Positions 41,929 to 52,700 of a stretch of DNA of 64,000 bases are shown here, one piece after another. The stretch lies in assembly GCA_944320495.1 (NCBI GenBank), contig CALUHR010000005.1:192001-256000 (forward strand), given 5' to 3'. Position 1 is the stretch's first letter. Each line of letters begins with the position of its first letter. The stretch comes from Candidatus Methanomethylophilaceae archaeon (GTDB taxonomy: Archaea > Thermoplasmatota > Thermoplasmata > Methanomassiliicoccales > Methanomethylophilaceae). Under the pieces are notes generated by a model. That model searched no databases. It had not been told where the DNA came from and saw nothing but the letters and a program-made list of their open reading frames with translations. The position numbers and the translations under genes were made by a program.

Positions 41929-42564
41929 ATGAACCACAAGACGGCTGCCGTGGTCGTCATCGCGGTCGTCATCCTGGCCGGTGCCGGACTCATTCTTTAC
42001 AACGAGGATCGCAAGGCCCACGCGGATGACCCCGCATACATCCTCCACGGCAATGGCGGAGTCCTGACGGACGGATCGGAGACCTACGAGAACAGATGGA
42101 CCCTTGAAGGCTGTCGTTTCTCCAATGCGGACCGCACATTCGTCGGATGGAACTCGGAACCCGACGGCAAGGGCGAGTGGCATCAGATCGGCGAACGCAG
42201 CGATGACCGGAACATCGACCTGTACGCACAGTGGGGATTCGGATTGAAGATTACCGTCATCGACGGGACTTCCGATGGGATACTGGACGGATACAACGGA
42301 TTCCTCACCTACGGGAACAAGGAATGGCGTCTCCTGGCGGACATGGTGATTCCGTCCGCCGGGGCCGAACTGACCCTGGACACGCACATGGAGTGGGAAT
42401 TCGACGGACTCCGCTTCACCGATTCGCAGAACCTCTACACGATTGAGATCGACATCGAGGGCGGCGTAGTGACATCCAGCTCCGCCAGCGGTGGCGACGT
42501 CGTCCTCTACCTGGACCCCATCACCGATACCGAACTCACCGTGACCGTCACCGACATCGACTGA
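41929..42564 (+). CDS. Small surface protein with one Listeria-Bacteroides repeat
   Basis: YILHGNGG...RTFVGWNSEPDGKG...DLYAQW after an N-terminal TM. Confidence 0.8.
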   Translation: MNHKTAAVVVIAVVILAGAGLILYNEDRKAHADDPAYILHGNGGVLTDGSETYENRWTLEGCRFSNADRTFVGWNSEPDGKGEWHQIGERSDDRNIDLYAQWGFGLKITVIDGTSDGILDGYNGFLTYGNKEWRLLADMVIPSAGAELTLDTHMEWEFDGLRFTDSQNLYTIEIDIEGGVVTSSSASGGDVVLYLDPITDTELTVTVTDID

Positions 42565-42630
42565 TGCCGGTTTCGAATCGGTCCAAACCCCTTCCCACCC
42601 CTATTATACCCGCCCTCCCATCCACACCCC

Positions 42631-43200
42631 ATGTCCAGCATCCGCGTCGTCCGTCAGAGGATCCAACCCTGGAAGGGGCGCGACTGCACCGCCGAGAGGT
42701 ACTACGTGAACGACTGGGTCGACCGCATCCAGCACAACCTCCTCCTCTACGCCTCCCGGAATCCCGGCACCCCGTCGCTGTCCCTTCTCCGCAAGGTCGG
42801 GAAGGTGTGGTACGACTCCAACGCGGGATGCCACGTCGACGGGATCTTCGACAGCTATCTGGCCCGGTTCATCGCCCGCACCATGGAGGACACCCAGTTC
42901 CTCGAATCCGAGTACAACGTACCCTACGGAACTACCGAGATCGTGGACTGGACGTCGCTCGTCGACGCCGTTCCCATGGAGGAGCGCAACGGGATATGCG
43001 TCTTCAGCCACGGCGGACGCGAGTACCTCGTGGAGCGCGGATACTACGAACACGCCCGCCGCACGATCCAAGCCTACCGTCTGTTCGACGGCACGGTGGA
43101 CTTCGAGACGGAGTCCGCCGACCTGATGGAGCTCGTCCGCAGGCTGATCGGAGACGACGGGCATGAGGGGATCGTGCCGCTGTCGTCGATGTTCTCGCGA
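42631..43200 (+). CDS. Hypothetical protein (189 aa), proposed CGA stop
   Basis: Coding-like codon bias to about 43200; first in-frame CGA at 43198-43200; TATTATA box ~25 nt upstream. Confidence 0.7.
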
Positions 43201-43203
43201 CCT

Positions 43204-45501
43204 TCGCACCTTCCCGCCGTAGCTGGCGATCGTCGACTCCCTGCACTCCTTCTCAGCCAGCCTCATGCGGTTGCCCATGTAGCGCCAGTCAGGCACCCCG
43301 TCCCCGGCTGGCAGCGTCAGCCTCAGGTTCAGGAGATCGGAGGCGTTGTCGATGAGGATGTCCTCCCCTCCGATCAGTTTCTTCGCCATGGCGCAGACGA
43401 TGTACTGCTGGACGCTCCTCGGCATCTTCCTCCTGGTGCGGAGGACGATCACCTGCCCGGACGTCTTGAACGGCACCGGCTGGTATGTGACGGCCACGAC
43501 GCGGCGGCCCCTCAGGGAGACGGCGATGCACTCGCCCTTGTGGACATCCCCGTCCGCCGGTGCGAACTTGCCCCACCCGTTGTTGCCCTTCTTCGCGATG
43601 ACCGTCGGGACGGTTCCGGAGACCTTCGGCGGCTTGGCGGAATCCTCCTCGAGGAACCCGTTCGCCTTGTAGTTCGCCGTCTTTATCGTCCTGACCTTGA
43701 ACGACTTCGCCGGTTCGGCGGGGCCGTCGTTGACGACCTCCATTCCGTTGCGTCTCTGTTCGGCGACGAAGTCCAGCCAATCTCTCATGTAAGCCGTTAT
43801 GTCGTCGCCATTCACCCTCGCCCCTTTCTCCGATGGGTTCACCCACCATTCGTCGGGGGCGACATCGACTACCCTGAACAGATTGGATGGCCTATTGTCG
43901 CGAAGTATGTCGATGATGTCGAAAACATCATCAGTCCCCGACGGCGATGCAATCCTGGTAGCGGTCTTGTCGTGCGGTTTCCCCGCCGAGAGATAGACGA
44001 TGCAATGGCGGTCGTCCAGGCGGATCGTGCTCACGAGCCTGTTGTGATCGAGGATGCTGGAGCGGAGTACCCTGCAGCCCTTGGCGTCACCGGACACGGC
44101 CTTCATGGGCACTATTGCGAACACCGTCCCCTCGATGCGTACGGTGTTCAGCATACTGTTGAGCAGAGAAAGAACATCTGAGGGGGACAGATCGCGTTCC
44201 GAGATGTCCGTGACGATATGGTCGGGCCTCTTGTTCCCCGTCGGGAGTTTGTCATCGGGAAATCTGCGGGGGACCACATTGATCCTCCTGGCACCCGATA
44301 GGATGACGTTGAAGATCGCCGTGGTGTACCTCCACGGATCGGACTCCATCCCGTAGATTCCTTTGTTGACCATCTTGTCGGAGCCGCTCCTGCTCTCCGC
44401 CTTGGCACCCACCCTGTAGGAGACCGCCTTGATGAACGCCCCGTCACCGCAGAACGGATCCAGGATGACCTGCCCCGTCACCGGGTTCAGGGTGGACACC
44501 ATCGCCTGCCCGTAGAGTCCCAGGTCGGGTTTCTGACGCTTCTGATCCAGATTGTGTTCCTGGCACTCGGTGAACACGGAATACAGCTGCCCCATCTGCT
44601 CCATGTCCATCTTGTGGATGTACCTGCGCGTCTCTATCGCCAGTCTTCTTATGGGACTTTGGCCGTCTTCGCCCCTTTTGTTCAACCGACCCTCCTTGGT
44701 GAGGGTGTCCAGGATGTCATAGAACACATCCTCCGCTGACCCATCGGTTCCGGGGAAGACTATGCCGAGCTTCCGCAGTGTCGCCTCGGTGTGATCCTTG
44801 AGAATCTTACAGTCGGTGTTGTACGGATCGCCCTTGAGATCGAACTCGCTGTAGGTCTTGTCCAACTTGGCCAGCAGCATCAGGCCCATGAGGACATTCC
44901 GTTCCTCTCTGGACCGCGTCACCTTGTCGAACTTTGTGCGAAGGTCCCTGCAGATCTTGGCAAGTTCCTTGGGATTGTCACTCAGCCCCCTGTATTTCAA
45001 CCCCAGACCGACCGAGATGTAGTCTCTGGCATCGGATTCCGAGAACGCCGTGAAATCCCTGACGGTCCTCTGGGGATCATAGAGGCACGTGTACCCGTCA
45101 GTGTCCAGCTGGCAGATGTACGGCTGGATGTTGAGGACACCTTTCTTCGCGGTGCAGCCGACGGCGATCGCTTGCTTGAACCGCCCGTGTCTCATCACCT
45201 CGCCCGCATAGAAGACGGCCCCGTTGTCCGCATACTTGGCGATTGTCTCGAAATCCATACGGAGATGGTCCGTCTCGTCGACGGAGCGTTGGTAACGCGG
45301 ATCGGCCTTCACCTCCACGATTATCGGAATCCCGTCCGACATGACGACGATGTCTGGGATGCCCTGATGCCCCGACCCCCTCTTGGAGGCCTTCGATAAC
45401 GCCTGGGCGATGCGCTTGTCCTTCGTACCTTCGAACTCCGGCTTCAATCCCGCCTTCTTCATGAGTTCGCCGATCTTGTATGTGACATCGCGCTCGCTCA
45501 A
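43204..45501 (-). CDS. BcgI-like restriction-modification fusion (PD-ExK nuclease + N6-MTase-like + specificity domain), 765 aa, proposed CGA stop
   Basis: GIPDIVV...IIVEVKA nuclease motif; ILDPFCGDGAFI SAM-binding motif; C-terminal TRD-like region ending PDWRYM; first in-frame CGA at 43204-43206. Confidence 0.75.
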
Positions 45502-45787
45502 GGACCACCACGGACCCGATTGATTAGGAGTGCGCGCTTAATTGTTTCGACCTTTTCAAGGCCAGCATCGGCTCGGGTCGGACTCGTACCCCTTCTCCAG
45601 GACGGAGCCTCTCCCGATCTATCTGGCGGAGGGCAGACACAAATTCCACGTCTTCATGAACGGGAAGGAGATCGCCTACACAGACACGGAGATCTACGGC
45701 GACAATGAACTGGTCGTCTGGCAGGAGGGCATCACCGCTCAGACGAGATGCAAATTCTATGAAGGCGGATGGTGAGGGGCAACCCCC

Positions 45788-46168
45788 TCATCCCTCAACC
45801 AGGGTGATAAGGTCGTAATCCCTCTCGCCGCCGTTCTCCCAATCCGCCCTTTCGTAGTCCCTCATGACACTGCGGGAGAATGTCTTGTAGAGATTCAGCT
45901 CGTCTCCCGGCGTCCCCACCCTCATGCCCAGTTCGTCACAGCGGAGCCATATCATCGCACCCGTGGAATCGTACTCGGCCTGAACGGTGATGGGTCTCGA
46001 AAGCCTGATCGTCCTCGCGCCGTATCTGAGGGTGTCGATCTCGAACGGCTGTCCCGTGTATGCGGAGTTGCGTATGGCCCTCTCGATCCTTTTCAGTTCG
46101 GTTCCGCGGGACATGGGCTTGGTCGGACGGTTGGAGTACCTGGGCTTGGGACTCTTGCGGCGCATCAT
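45788..46168 (-). CDS. HicB-like fold protein
   Basis: LSRPITV...LRCDELGMRV pattern; paralog of 47117..47500. Confidence 0.55.
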   Translation of the reverse strand: MMRRKSPKPRYSNRPTKPMSRGTELKRIERAIRNSAYTGQPFEIDTLRYGARTIRLSRPITVQAEYDSTGAMIWLRCDELGMRVGTPGDELNLYKTFSRSVMRDYERADWENGGERDYDLITLVEG

Positions 46169-46393
46169 AACCGTGAATCGCTCTGGGGGTTCTTACGGTC
46201 TTGCGTTTTAATGGATCGAGGGCATCCGAAGATTGTGACCCGACATGTAGGGGCATTCATCATCTGTAGGTACGGGGCGAGAATATGGCTCTGTTGGGGC
46301 TGGATTCGGATGGAGACGTCTCGGAAGTGATCCAATGTCCTCCCGTATGACATGGTTTGTCCGAAGATTCCAGAAAAACCATCAGAGACCGAC

Positions 46394-46567
46394 TCAGCTG
46401 TCAAAGGACCAGCTCGTCTTGTGCTTGTCTTTGAGATATAGATGGGCGCGATCGGGATACAACAGGGGATAGGTGCAGCGGTCGCATCTCCCATCCGGAC
46501 ATGGGTATTCCACTATCGCGCATTCGCCGTTCCGCTAATTCCTGAATGCGTCTCTGACATCCGTCAT
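46394..46567 (-). CDS. Possible small Cys-rich protein (57 aa) with an in-frame TAG
   Basis: MTDVRDAFRN*RNGECAIVEYPCPDGRCDRCTYP...; TAG at 46535-46537; gaaggattaag promoter-like box upstream. Confidence 0.3.
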
Positions 46568-46790
46568 GGTATCGTTCCGTATGAATTCAAAGACTTAATC
46601 CTTCAATGAAGAGTCTCAGAGGGACGGGCTGGGGTCACCCTCAACGGGCAGCCCCGGGAGGCACTCGGTCGAGCTCTTCATGAACGGCAAATCCGTTGAT
46701 AGGAGCATAAGCAATCTGAAGGAGGATGTCGCACTTGTCGTGAGCTCGGGGCTCACGGGCAAGGTGGACTGCGACATCGTTTCTCTGGAT

Positions 46791-47120
46791 TCACTGTGAA
46801 CGCCTTCTGCGGGAGCGGATGCTGAGCAATCCCCGCTCCCTCAGACTGTCGCGGTACTGCTCCTCCGAATAGGTGCAGTCGAGATAGTCGTTGAATTTGC
46901 GCTTATCCTCGAATTTCATCTGTTTTTTCATTTTGCCGAGATTGTCGTCCGAGATCTCTTTGCCGTGACCCCCGTTGCTGTAGAAGGTGCGGATCGGCTG
47001 TTTGCCGAGAGGTACTCCGGTGAGTTCGAACCATGTGTGGCCACGTTTCACACCCTTCTCTTTGTACCCCTTCTTGAGAAGGGCATCCCTCACATCATCG
47101 CTCTTCCTGGGCATGATCAT
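46791..47120 (-). CDS. HicA-like toxin
   Basis: VRDALLKKGY...RGHTWF...SNGGHGKEISDDNLGKMKKQM pattern; ATGA overlap with the upstream HicB-like gene. Confidence 0.65.
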   Translation of the reverse strand: MIMPRKSDDVRDALLKKGYKEKGVKRGHTWFELTGVPLGKQPIRTFYSNGGHGKEISDDNLGKMKKQMKFEDKRKFNDYLDCTYSEEQYRDSLRERGLLSIRSRRRRSQ

Positions 47121-47500
47121 CCCTCCACATGGAGTCTGATGGCCCTGGCCTGACGATCGTTCTCCTGTCCGAACAGTTCGTAGGCACCGATGAAGGCACC
47201 GGAGAAGTCCTTGTACGCCTCCCTCATGTTCGGTCCGAACCCCCAGATCTCGAGCTCGTCGCTGCCGATTCCGCACCCCTCCTCGGATAACGATGTCGTT
47301 ACGGTGATCGGCACCTTGAGTGCCATCTTCTTCAAACCGTAACGCAGGGTGTGGAGTTCGAAATCGCCGCCCCCGTTGAGTTCTATGAGACGGCTCTCAC
47401 GCTCGATGCGCTCGATCTCATCGCGGTAGGACAGGTATTTCTTGGCCCTTGCTGGTTTCCTCACATAGATATTGGAGGGACTGTTGCTTCTGATGGCCAT
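47117..47500 (-). CDS. HicB-like antitoxin
   Basis: LKVPITV...SDELEIWGFGPNMREAYKDF motif; translationally coupled to the HicA-like gene. Confidence 0.65.
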   Translation of the reverse strand: MAIRSNSPSNIYVRKPARAKKYLSYRDEIERIERESRLIELNGGGDFELHTLRYGLKKMALKVPITVTTSLSEEGCGIGSDELEIWGFGPNMREAYKDFSGAFIGAYELFGQENDRQARAIRLHVEG

Positions 47501-47934
47501 GTATTGTACTGTCCCCGATCCGTATTTATGGTCTTTGCAAACCTGCTCACCGATTGTGACCGGATAATGCGGTCCCGACAGAGGGACGGGCAGGGGATAC
47601 CCTTCACGGACAGCCCCGGGATGGAAGACGGAGATGCCCGTCCCGAACCCGCATCCCGTTCCCGCGTATTTCTCGGATTCGACCCGCGCGGTCGGCTCCC
47701 TTATAATCCCATGGGAGGATTCGTACATGACCCCCACCGTCCGGGACCCGGCGTGGGGGGGGGGGGGATTCGAATAAAGTGTCTCAGGGAATGTCTGGCC
47801 GTCGCGGTGGCCGTCCTCGTGTGGTTCGATAGGCGCTGAGAAACACATCAAGCGGGGCGGGCCCAGTACTCGGATGCAATGAGACCGGTTCAAGGGGTTT
47901 ACCCGCCCCGCATCTTCCATTCTTGATCCGTATT

Positions 47935-48225
47935 TCAATCCGACGACCCTTCGGCGCAGGTGTCCGCGATCAGCCCGAACAGCGTCGCGGCCCTCTCGCC
48001 CTTGGGCGTCAGATACAGGTACATCGTGTTGTGCTGGCGGGACGCATCATCCACGCGGATGAACCCCTCGTCTATCAGCTTCCCCAGGAGTATGAACTTC
48101 GTCCTGACGCTCCCTGCGTCGTGGTTCGTCACGTCGCTCTTCGACATGCCCGGGTTCTCCTTCAGGAGCATCAGCACGTAGGGGGCGAACTTCGATGTCA
48201 GCACTTCCGGGATGTCCTTGGCCAT
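47935..48225 (-). CDS. Winged-helix transcription regulator
   Basis: VLMLLKENPGMSKSD...LGKLIDEGFI...YLYLTPKGERAA wHTH pattern. Confidence 0.75.
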   Translation of the reverse strand: MAKDIPEVLTSKFAPYVLMLLKENPGMSKSDVTNHDAGSVRTKFILLGKLIDEGFIRVDDASRQHNTMYLYLTPKGERAATLFGLIADTCAEGSSD

Positions 48226-48303
48226 CTCTCTGAATCTCCTTTGCAGTTTGTATCCAAACTGCCATTCTGATTATTTAGATGTTGGCACCGAGAACGAAAT
48301 GAG

Positions 48304-48376
48304 CGCCCTGGCTGGGATTTGAACCCAAGTCGGAGCCTCGACAGGGCTCCATGATAGGCCGCTACACTACCAGGGC
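48304..48376 (-). tRNA. tRNA-Asp(GTC)
   Basis: GCCCTGG...CCAGGGC acceptor stem, GAGCC-CTGTCGA-GGCTC anticodon arm, GGTTCAAATCC T-arm, no encoded CCA, CTTATAT box upstream. Confidence 0.97.
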
Positions 48377-48412
48377 AGTGTAACCGCCTATCATGGCCCG
48401 ATATAAGAGGTT

Positions 48413-48946
48413 TCAGCCGTCGATGTGTTCCGCGAGGATCGAACCGCCCTTCTCCCCGCGGTAGTACGCGGCGATGGCCTTCCCGGAGAAGTCCCTGAGG
48501 GCCTCCTCGGGCGTCTCCCCCGTACCGCGGATGCTCATGTCCAGGCTCCTGATGAGACGCCCGCCGTTCGAGATCACCACGCGGATCGGCCTGTCCAGCT
48601 TCAGCGTGGCCCTCCCGTCCGACAGCTCGGAGATCTCCATCCCGACGCCGTCCCTCTCCGGATCGAGCGTGAGGAACCTCTCGGCCATCCTCATCGCAAG
48701 GTCGGCTATGTCCTCGCCCTTGGGCGTGAGGGAGATCACCTTTGCGTTGTTCGTCCCCGTCTCCCTGTAGTCGATCAGCCCCGTCTCGATGGCGTCCTGG
48801 ATCCTCATGAACTTGGTCTTCTCGTTGCCCTCGTCCAGCGTCATGAGCTCCGTCTTGGTCATCTCGCCGTGCAGCCTGAGGGCCACCAGGACGTACATCG
48901 CGTACTTCCTCTCGAAATACTCGGGAACCTTCGTCATGTCCACCAT
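48413..48946 (-). CDS. wHTH regulator fused to a C-terminal HicB-like domain
   Basis: N-half is paralogous to 47935..48225 (SLTPKGEDIA); C-half LDRPIRV...SIRGTGETPEEALRDF. Confidence 0.7.
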   Translation of the reverse strand: MVDMTKVPEYFERKYAMYVLVALRLHGEMTKTELMTLDEGNEKTKFMRIQDAIETGLIDYRETGTNNAKVISLTPKGEDIADLAMRMAERFLTLDPERDGVGMEISELSDGRATLKLDRPIRVVISNGGRLIRSLDMSIRGTGETPEEALRDFSGKAIAAYYRGEKGGSILAEHIDG

Positions 48947-49149
48947 TGTATCACCATTCCGTTTGGTCTTGTAGTGTTTACAAGACCATGCGCGACCGGG
49001 TATTTGATACGTCCGATGGCGGCCCTGTCATGCGATCCGACACCCATTGTTGAACGATTATCCTAGAGACTTCGGACGCACTGGCACATTGCGGACACCC
49101 TTTCCGAACAGTGAGCCGATTGCTAAAGCTTAAGACCTTAATCGTACAT

Positions 49150-49560
49150 CATGAGAATCCCGGGGTACGGGAACTCGAAAACCTTAGCCCCCGGGAGGAG
49201 GTGGGAATCTGCACCTCTGCGAGGTGCACAGCGATTTCGTCGTGCACATCGAGATCTCCGAGGACGGGGATGTCGATGTGTATGTCCTCCCGTCATAAGG
49301 AGGGACGAAGGCCAGACACCTCTCTGGAAAGGGAAATGCCTGGCAGATATATAAGGTCGAAGAACGGAAGGAACAAGTGAGGTGACAGGACGGTGAAACC
49401 GTCCACAAACGACGCCCGATACGTGCACGGGCGTCATTGAAAGGTCTGCCGCGGGGAAATATGGGCATCCTCAGGTCAGGGAATCCGCGGCAGGAGGTGA
49501 GTAACCAAGATGCGGGCGGTGTAACTGCAAGGGACCCGCGTCACGGCACGATTCTCAGAA
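49150..49560 (+). other. Hairpin-dense region with three strong SD motifs and mini-ORFs (candidate ncRNA or leader)
   Basis: Stems tgcacctc/gaggtgca, ggacggt/accgtcc, gacgcccg/cgggcgtc and ctgccgcgg/ccgcggcag; GAGGTG motifs near 49197, 49379 and 49494. Confidence 0.35.
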
Positions 49561-49770
49561 CGGCATCCCGTTATTTCTAGGTCGGCACTTCGTATGTGCC
49601 AGCATCCCGATTCATTCTTAAACGGTTCCCATCACATTGTTCCAGCCCCCGTAACCCGTTGAAGACTGCCCTTCCGAGATTCGAACGTCCGCATGCGCGG
49701 GCACTGCCCCGGGAGGCGGGAAGTGCGCGAACCTCCGAATCCCCCTTCCGGGGCTTTCGGAGATGAAAGC

Positions 49771-52700
49771 ATGAAAGATACAGCAAGATTGGCCGTGATG
49801 GCGCTCGTTATAGTATGCGCCATGGCGGCGGCGACCGTGTCCTTCCAGGGCGCTGACGCCGACACCGCGGCCGATACGGGATCGACGGGTGCCGAGGACT
49901 TTCTGGCACTCGCCGACGGGGGCAGTATCGTTCTGGACAAGGATTACGTCCTGACCACTGCCCTCGTCATAACCGGGGAGATCGAGATCGATATCGCCGG
50001 ACATCAGATTTCCAACGGCACATCCGCACACACGATTGAGGTCGCCGAGGGAGGCAACCTCACCGTAACCGACTCCGTCGGGGGCGGATCCGTCACCAAC
50101 ACCTCCAACGCCAAGGCCGCCGTCTACAACGCCGGGACCGCTGTCCTGAATGGCGGAACCTTCACCCGTGCCTCCGGCACCGAGTACTACGTCATCCAGA
50201 ACGAGGGGACGATGACCATCGGCGACGGCGTCTCCGTCGTCAGAGACACCGAGACCCAGACATCCTCCCTCGTGGCCAACGCCGCGAAGGGACCCGCCAC
50301 CATGACGATCACCGGAGGAACCTTCACCTGCGGACCCTTCATCGCCGTCATCAACCACGGCGACGGTATCCTGAGCATCAGCGGAGGAACCTTCAGTCCG
50401 TCCGATGCCAAGCAGAGCTCCGTCCAGAACTGGGGCAGGGCCACGATCTCCGGCGGTACCTTCACCGCGGGAGTCTACAGCCTGTCCGACGATGAGAACG
50501 CCTCCGAACTCACCATCACCGACGGAACCTTCTCCAACAACGTCCGGGCGCAGAACTACGTCGAGAACTACATGTCTGGCGACGAGCCCGCGTCCAATGT
50601 CGCCAAGGTCACCATCACCGGCGGTACCTTCAACTGCATCAAGGGCTACGTCGGTTCGTACATCGGCGGCGGGAAGACGAGTCCCATGGGAACCACCGAC
50701 CCGTCCGTCGCCATCCTCTCGATCTCCGGCGGGGACTTCAAGGCCAACGTGTCCCAGTTCCTCGCCGACGACGCCACCATGCTGTACACCAACAGCCGCT
50801 ACGTCGTCACCGAGGACGTTTCCTCCGCCGTCGCCAAGGCCGGCGGACTGTACTTCCTCACCCTGAGCGACGCCCTCACCAAGGCCGAGGCGGGATCGGA
50901 CATCGTCCTCCTGGCCGACTGCGAGGTCTCCTCCTCGATCACTGTGAAGGCCCACATGGACATCGACCTCGCCGGCCACGCCGTCGTCGGAGAGCTGTCC
51001 ACCAGGCTCATCAACACGTTCAACAAGACCGTGACCGTCACCGATTCCGTCGGCGGCGGTTGCATCCTCAACTACGGCACCGGGGCGTCCATCGAGTCCA
51101 CTGATGACGAGCCCGCCCTCACCATCGAGGCGGGGATCTACTCCTCCGATGTCAGCACCTACGTCGCCGAAGGCAAGGACGCCTACGAGTACGGAGGATT
51201 CTACGTCGTCTCCATCGCCGACGCTTCCGACGCTGAGATCGTCATCAACGGGGTGCCCTTCGCCACCATCGAAGACTCTCTCGACCTCATCAACGCCGGG
51301 GCCGAGAGCGCCACCTTCAACGGCACCACCCTCACCCTCCTCAGGGACTTCGACGATTCCGCGTACAGCATCACCCTGAACACGGACATTGTCATCGACG
51401 GAAAGGGCCACACCCTCAAGGGAATCATCACTCTCGATGCCGACGGCGACGGCGGAGTCTACTCCGTGACCGTCCGCGACCTCGTGATGGACGGCGACGG
51501 CACCCTCTCCTGGGCCTTCGTCGGGCAGAACCAGGGCGACGGCGTCCGCCCCGTGGAGCTCACCCTCGAGGACGTCTCCATATCCAACTACGTGAAGAAG
51601 GGCGTCTACCTCACCAACGTCGTAAGGCTGGACGTCTCCGGATGCTCCTTCAACGACAACGCCACCGCCGAGCAGACCTCCACCGTCGGCGACTACGCCT
51701 TCGATCTGAACCTCTGCGGCGTCACCGACGTCGAGATCAGCATCGTCGGGACCTACTTCGGCGGCGAGTCCGGCGGCAACGGACCCATCAAGATCACCCA
51801 GCGCGGGGGAGTCGGCCTCACCGACGACACCGCGTCCGACATCACATCCACCAAGTCTGCCACCATCCGCACCGTCACCATCGAGGACTGCGTCTTCGAC
51901 GTCACCGGCTCCAAGGTCGGCGACATCATCGTCGGATCCTCCCCGAACGCCGACGGCACCTGCAGGACCTACTGCCAGTCCTACGACCTCTACATCGAGG
52001 GGACCGCCGCAACCGTCGCCTACCGCGGAGCCGTCGTCGACGGCGACGAGCAGTACCTCAGGATCGTCCTCGATTCCACCGACGCCTTCGACGCCGACGG
52101 TGTCGACGGCGGAATCTCCATGCTCGTCAAGGGCGACGTCGAGATGTACGGCACCATCAGGACGTCCGTCGAGGTCGTCTCCCTCTATTCCGTCACCATC
52201 CCCGAATCCGAGAGCCTCACCGGCACCGTCATGTTCGGCTCCGACGCCGCCAACGGCGCGAACCTGAACGCCGTCACCGGCGGACAGGGCGGACTCGTCA
52301 TGTCCCTCGGATCCGTCGTCCTCTCCGGCAACGCCGAGAGCGGTTCGATCTCCATCGTCGGACACGGCCTGGCCGTCGGCAGGATGGAGCTCGGCTCCGC
52401 ATCCCTCAGCATCCCCGAGGGATCCTCCTTCTCCGTCGGAAGGGACGCCGCCCTCTACGGCTCCGGCAGCGTCGCCGTGGCCGGCGAGATGAATGTCTAC
52501 GGCGTCGTGGACATGTACGCGGTCACCAACACCGGCTCCATCGTCCTCTACGAGGACGGCGACATCGTCCCCGACGTCGTCGGCGAGGAGCCCGTCAAGG
52601 GCGACGCCGCCAAGCTGATCATCTACCAGATCTCCACCCTCCACGCCGACGTCGGCGAGATATTCCGCGTCGCCGTGGCCGTCTCCGACCCCGACGCGAA

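Noticed and set aside
48304-48330. attL/attR duplicate of the tRNA-Asp 3' end
   Set aside because: No second copy was seen by eye in the window, so element boundaries are not claimed.
49150-49560. RNase P RNA or SRP RNA
   Set aside because: Lacks the GAGGAAAGUCC P4 signature and the SRP helix-8 GGAAGG/AGCAG consensus.
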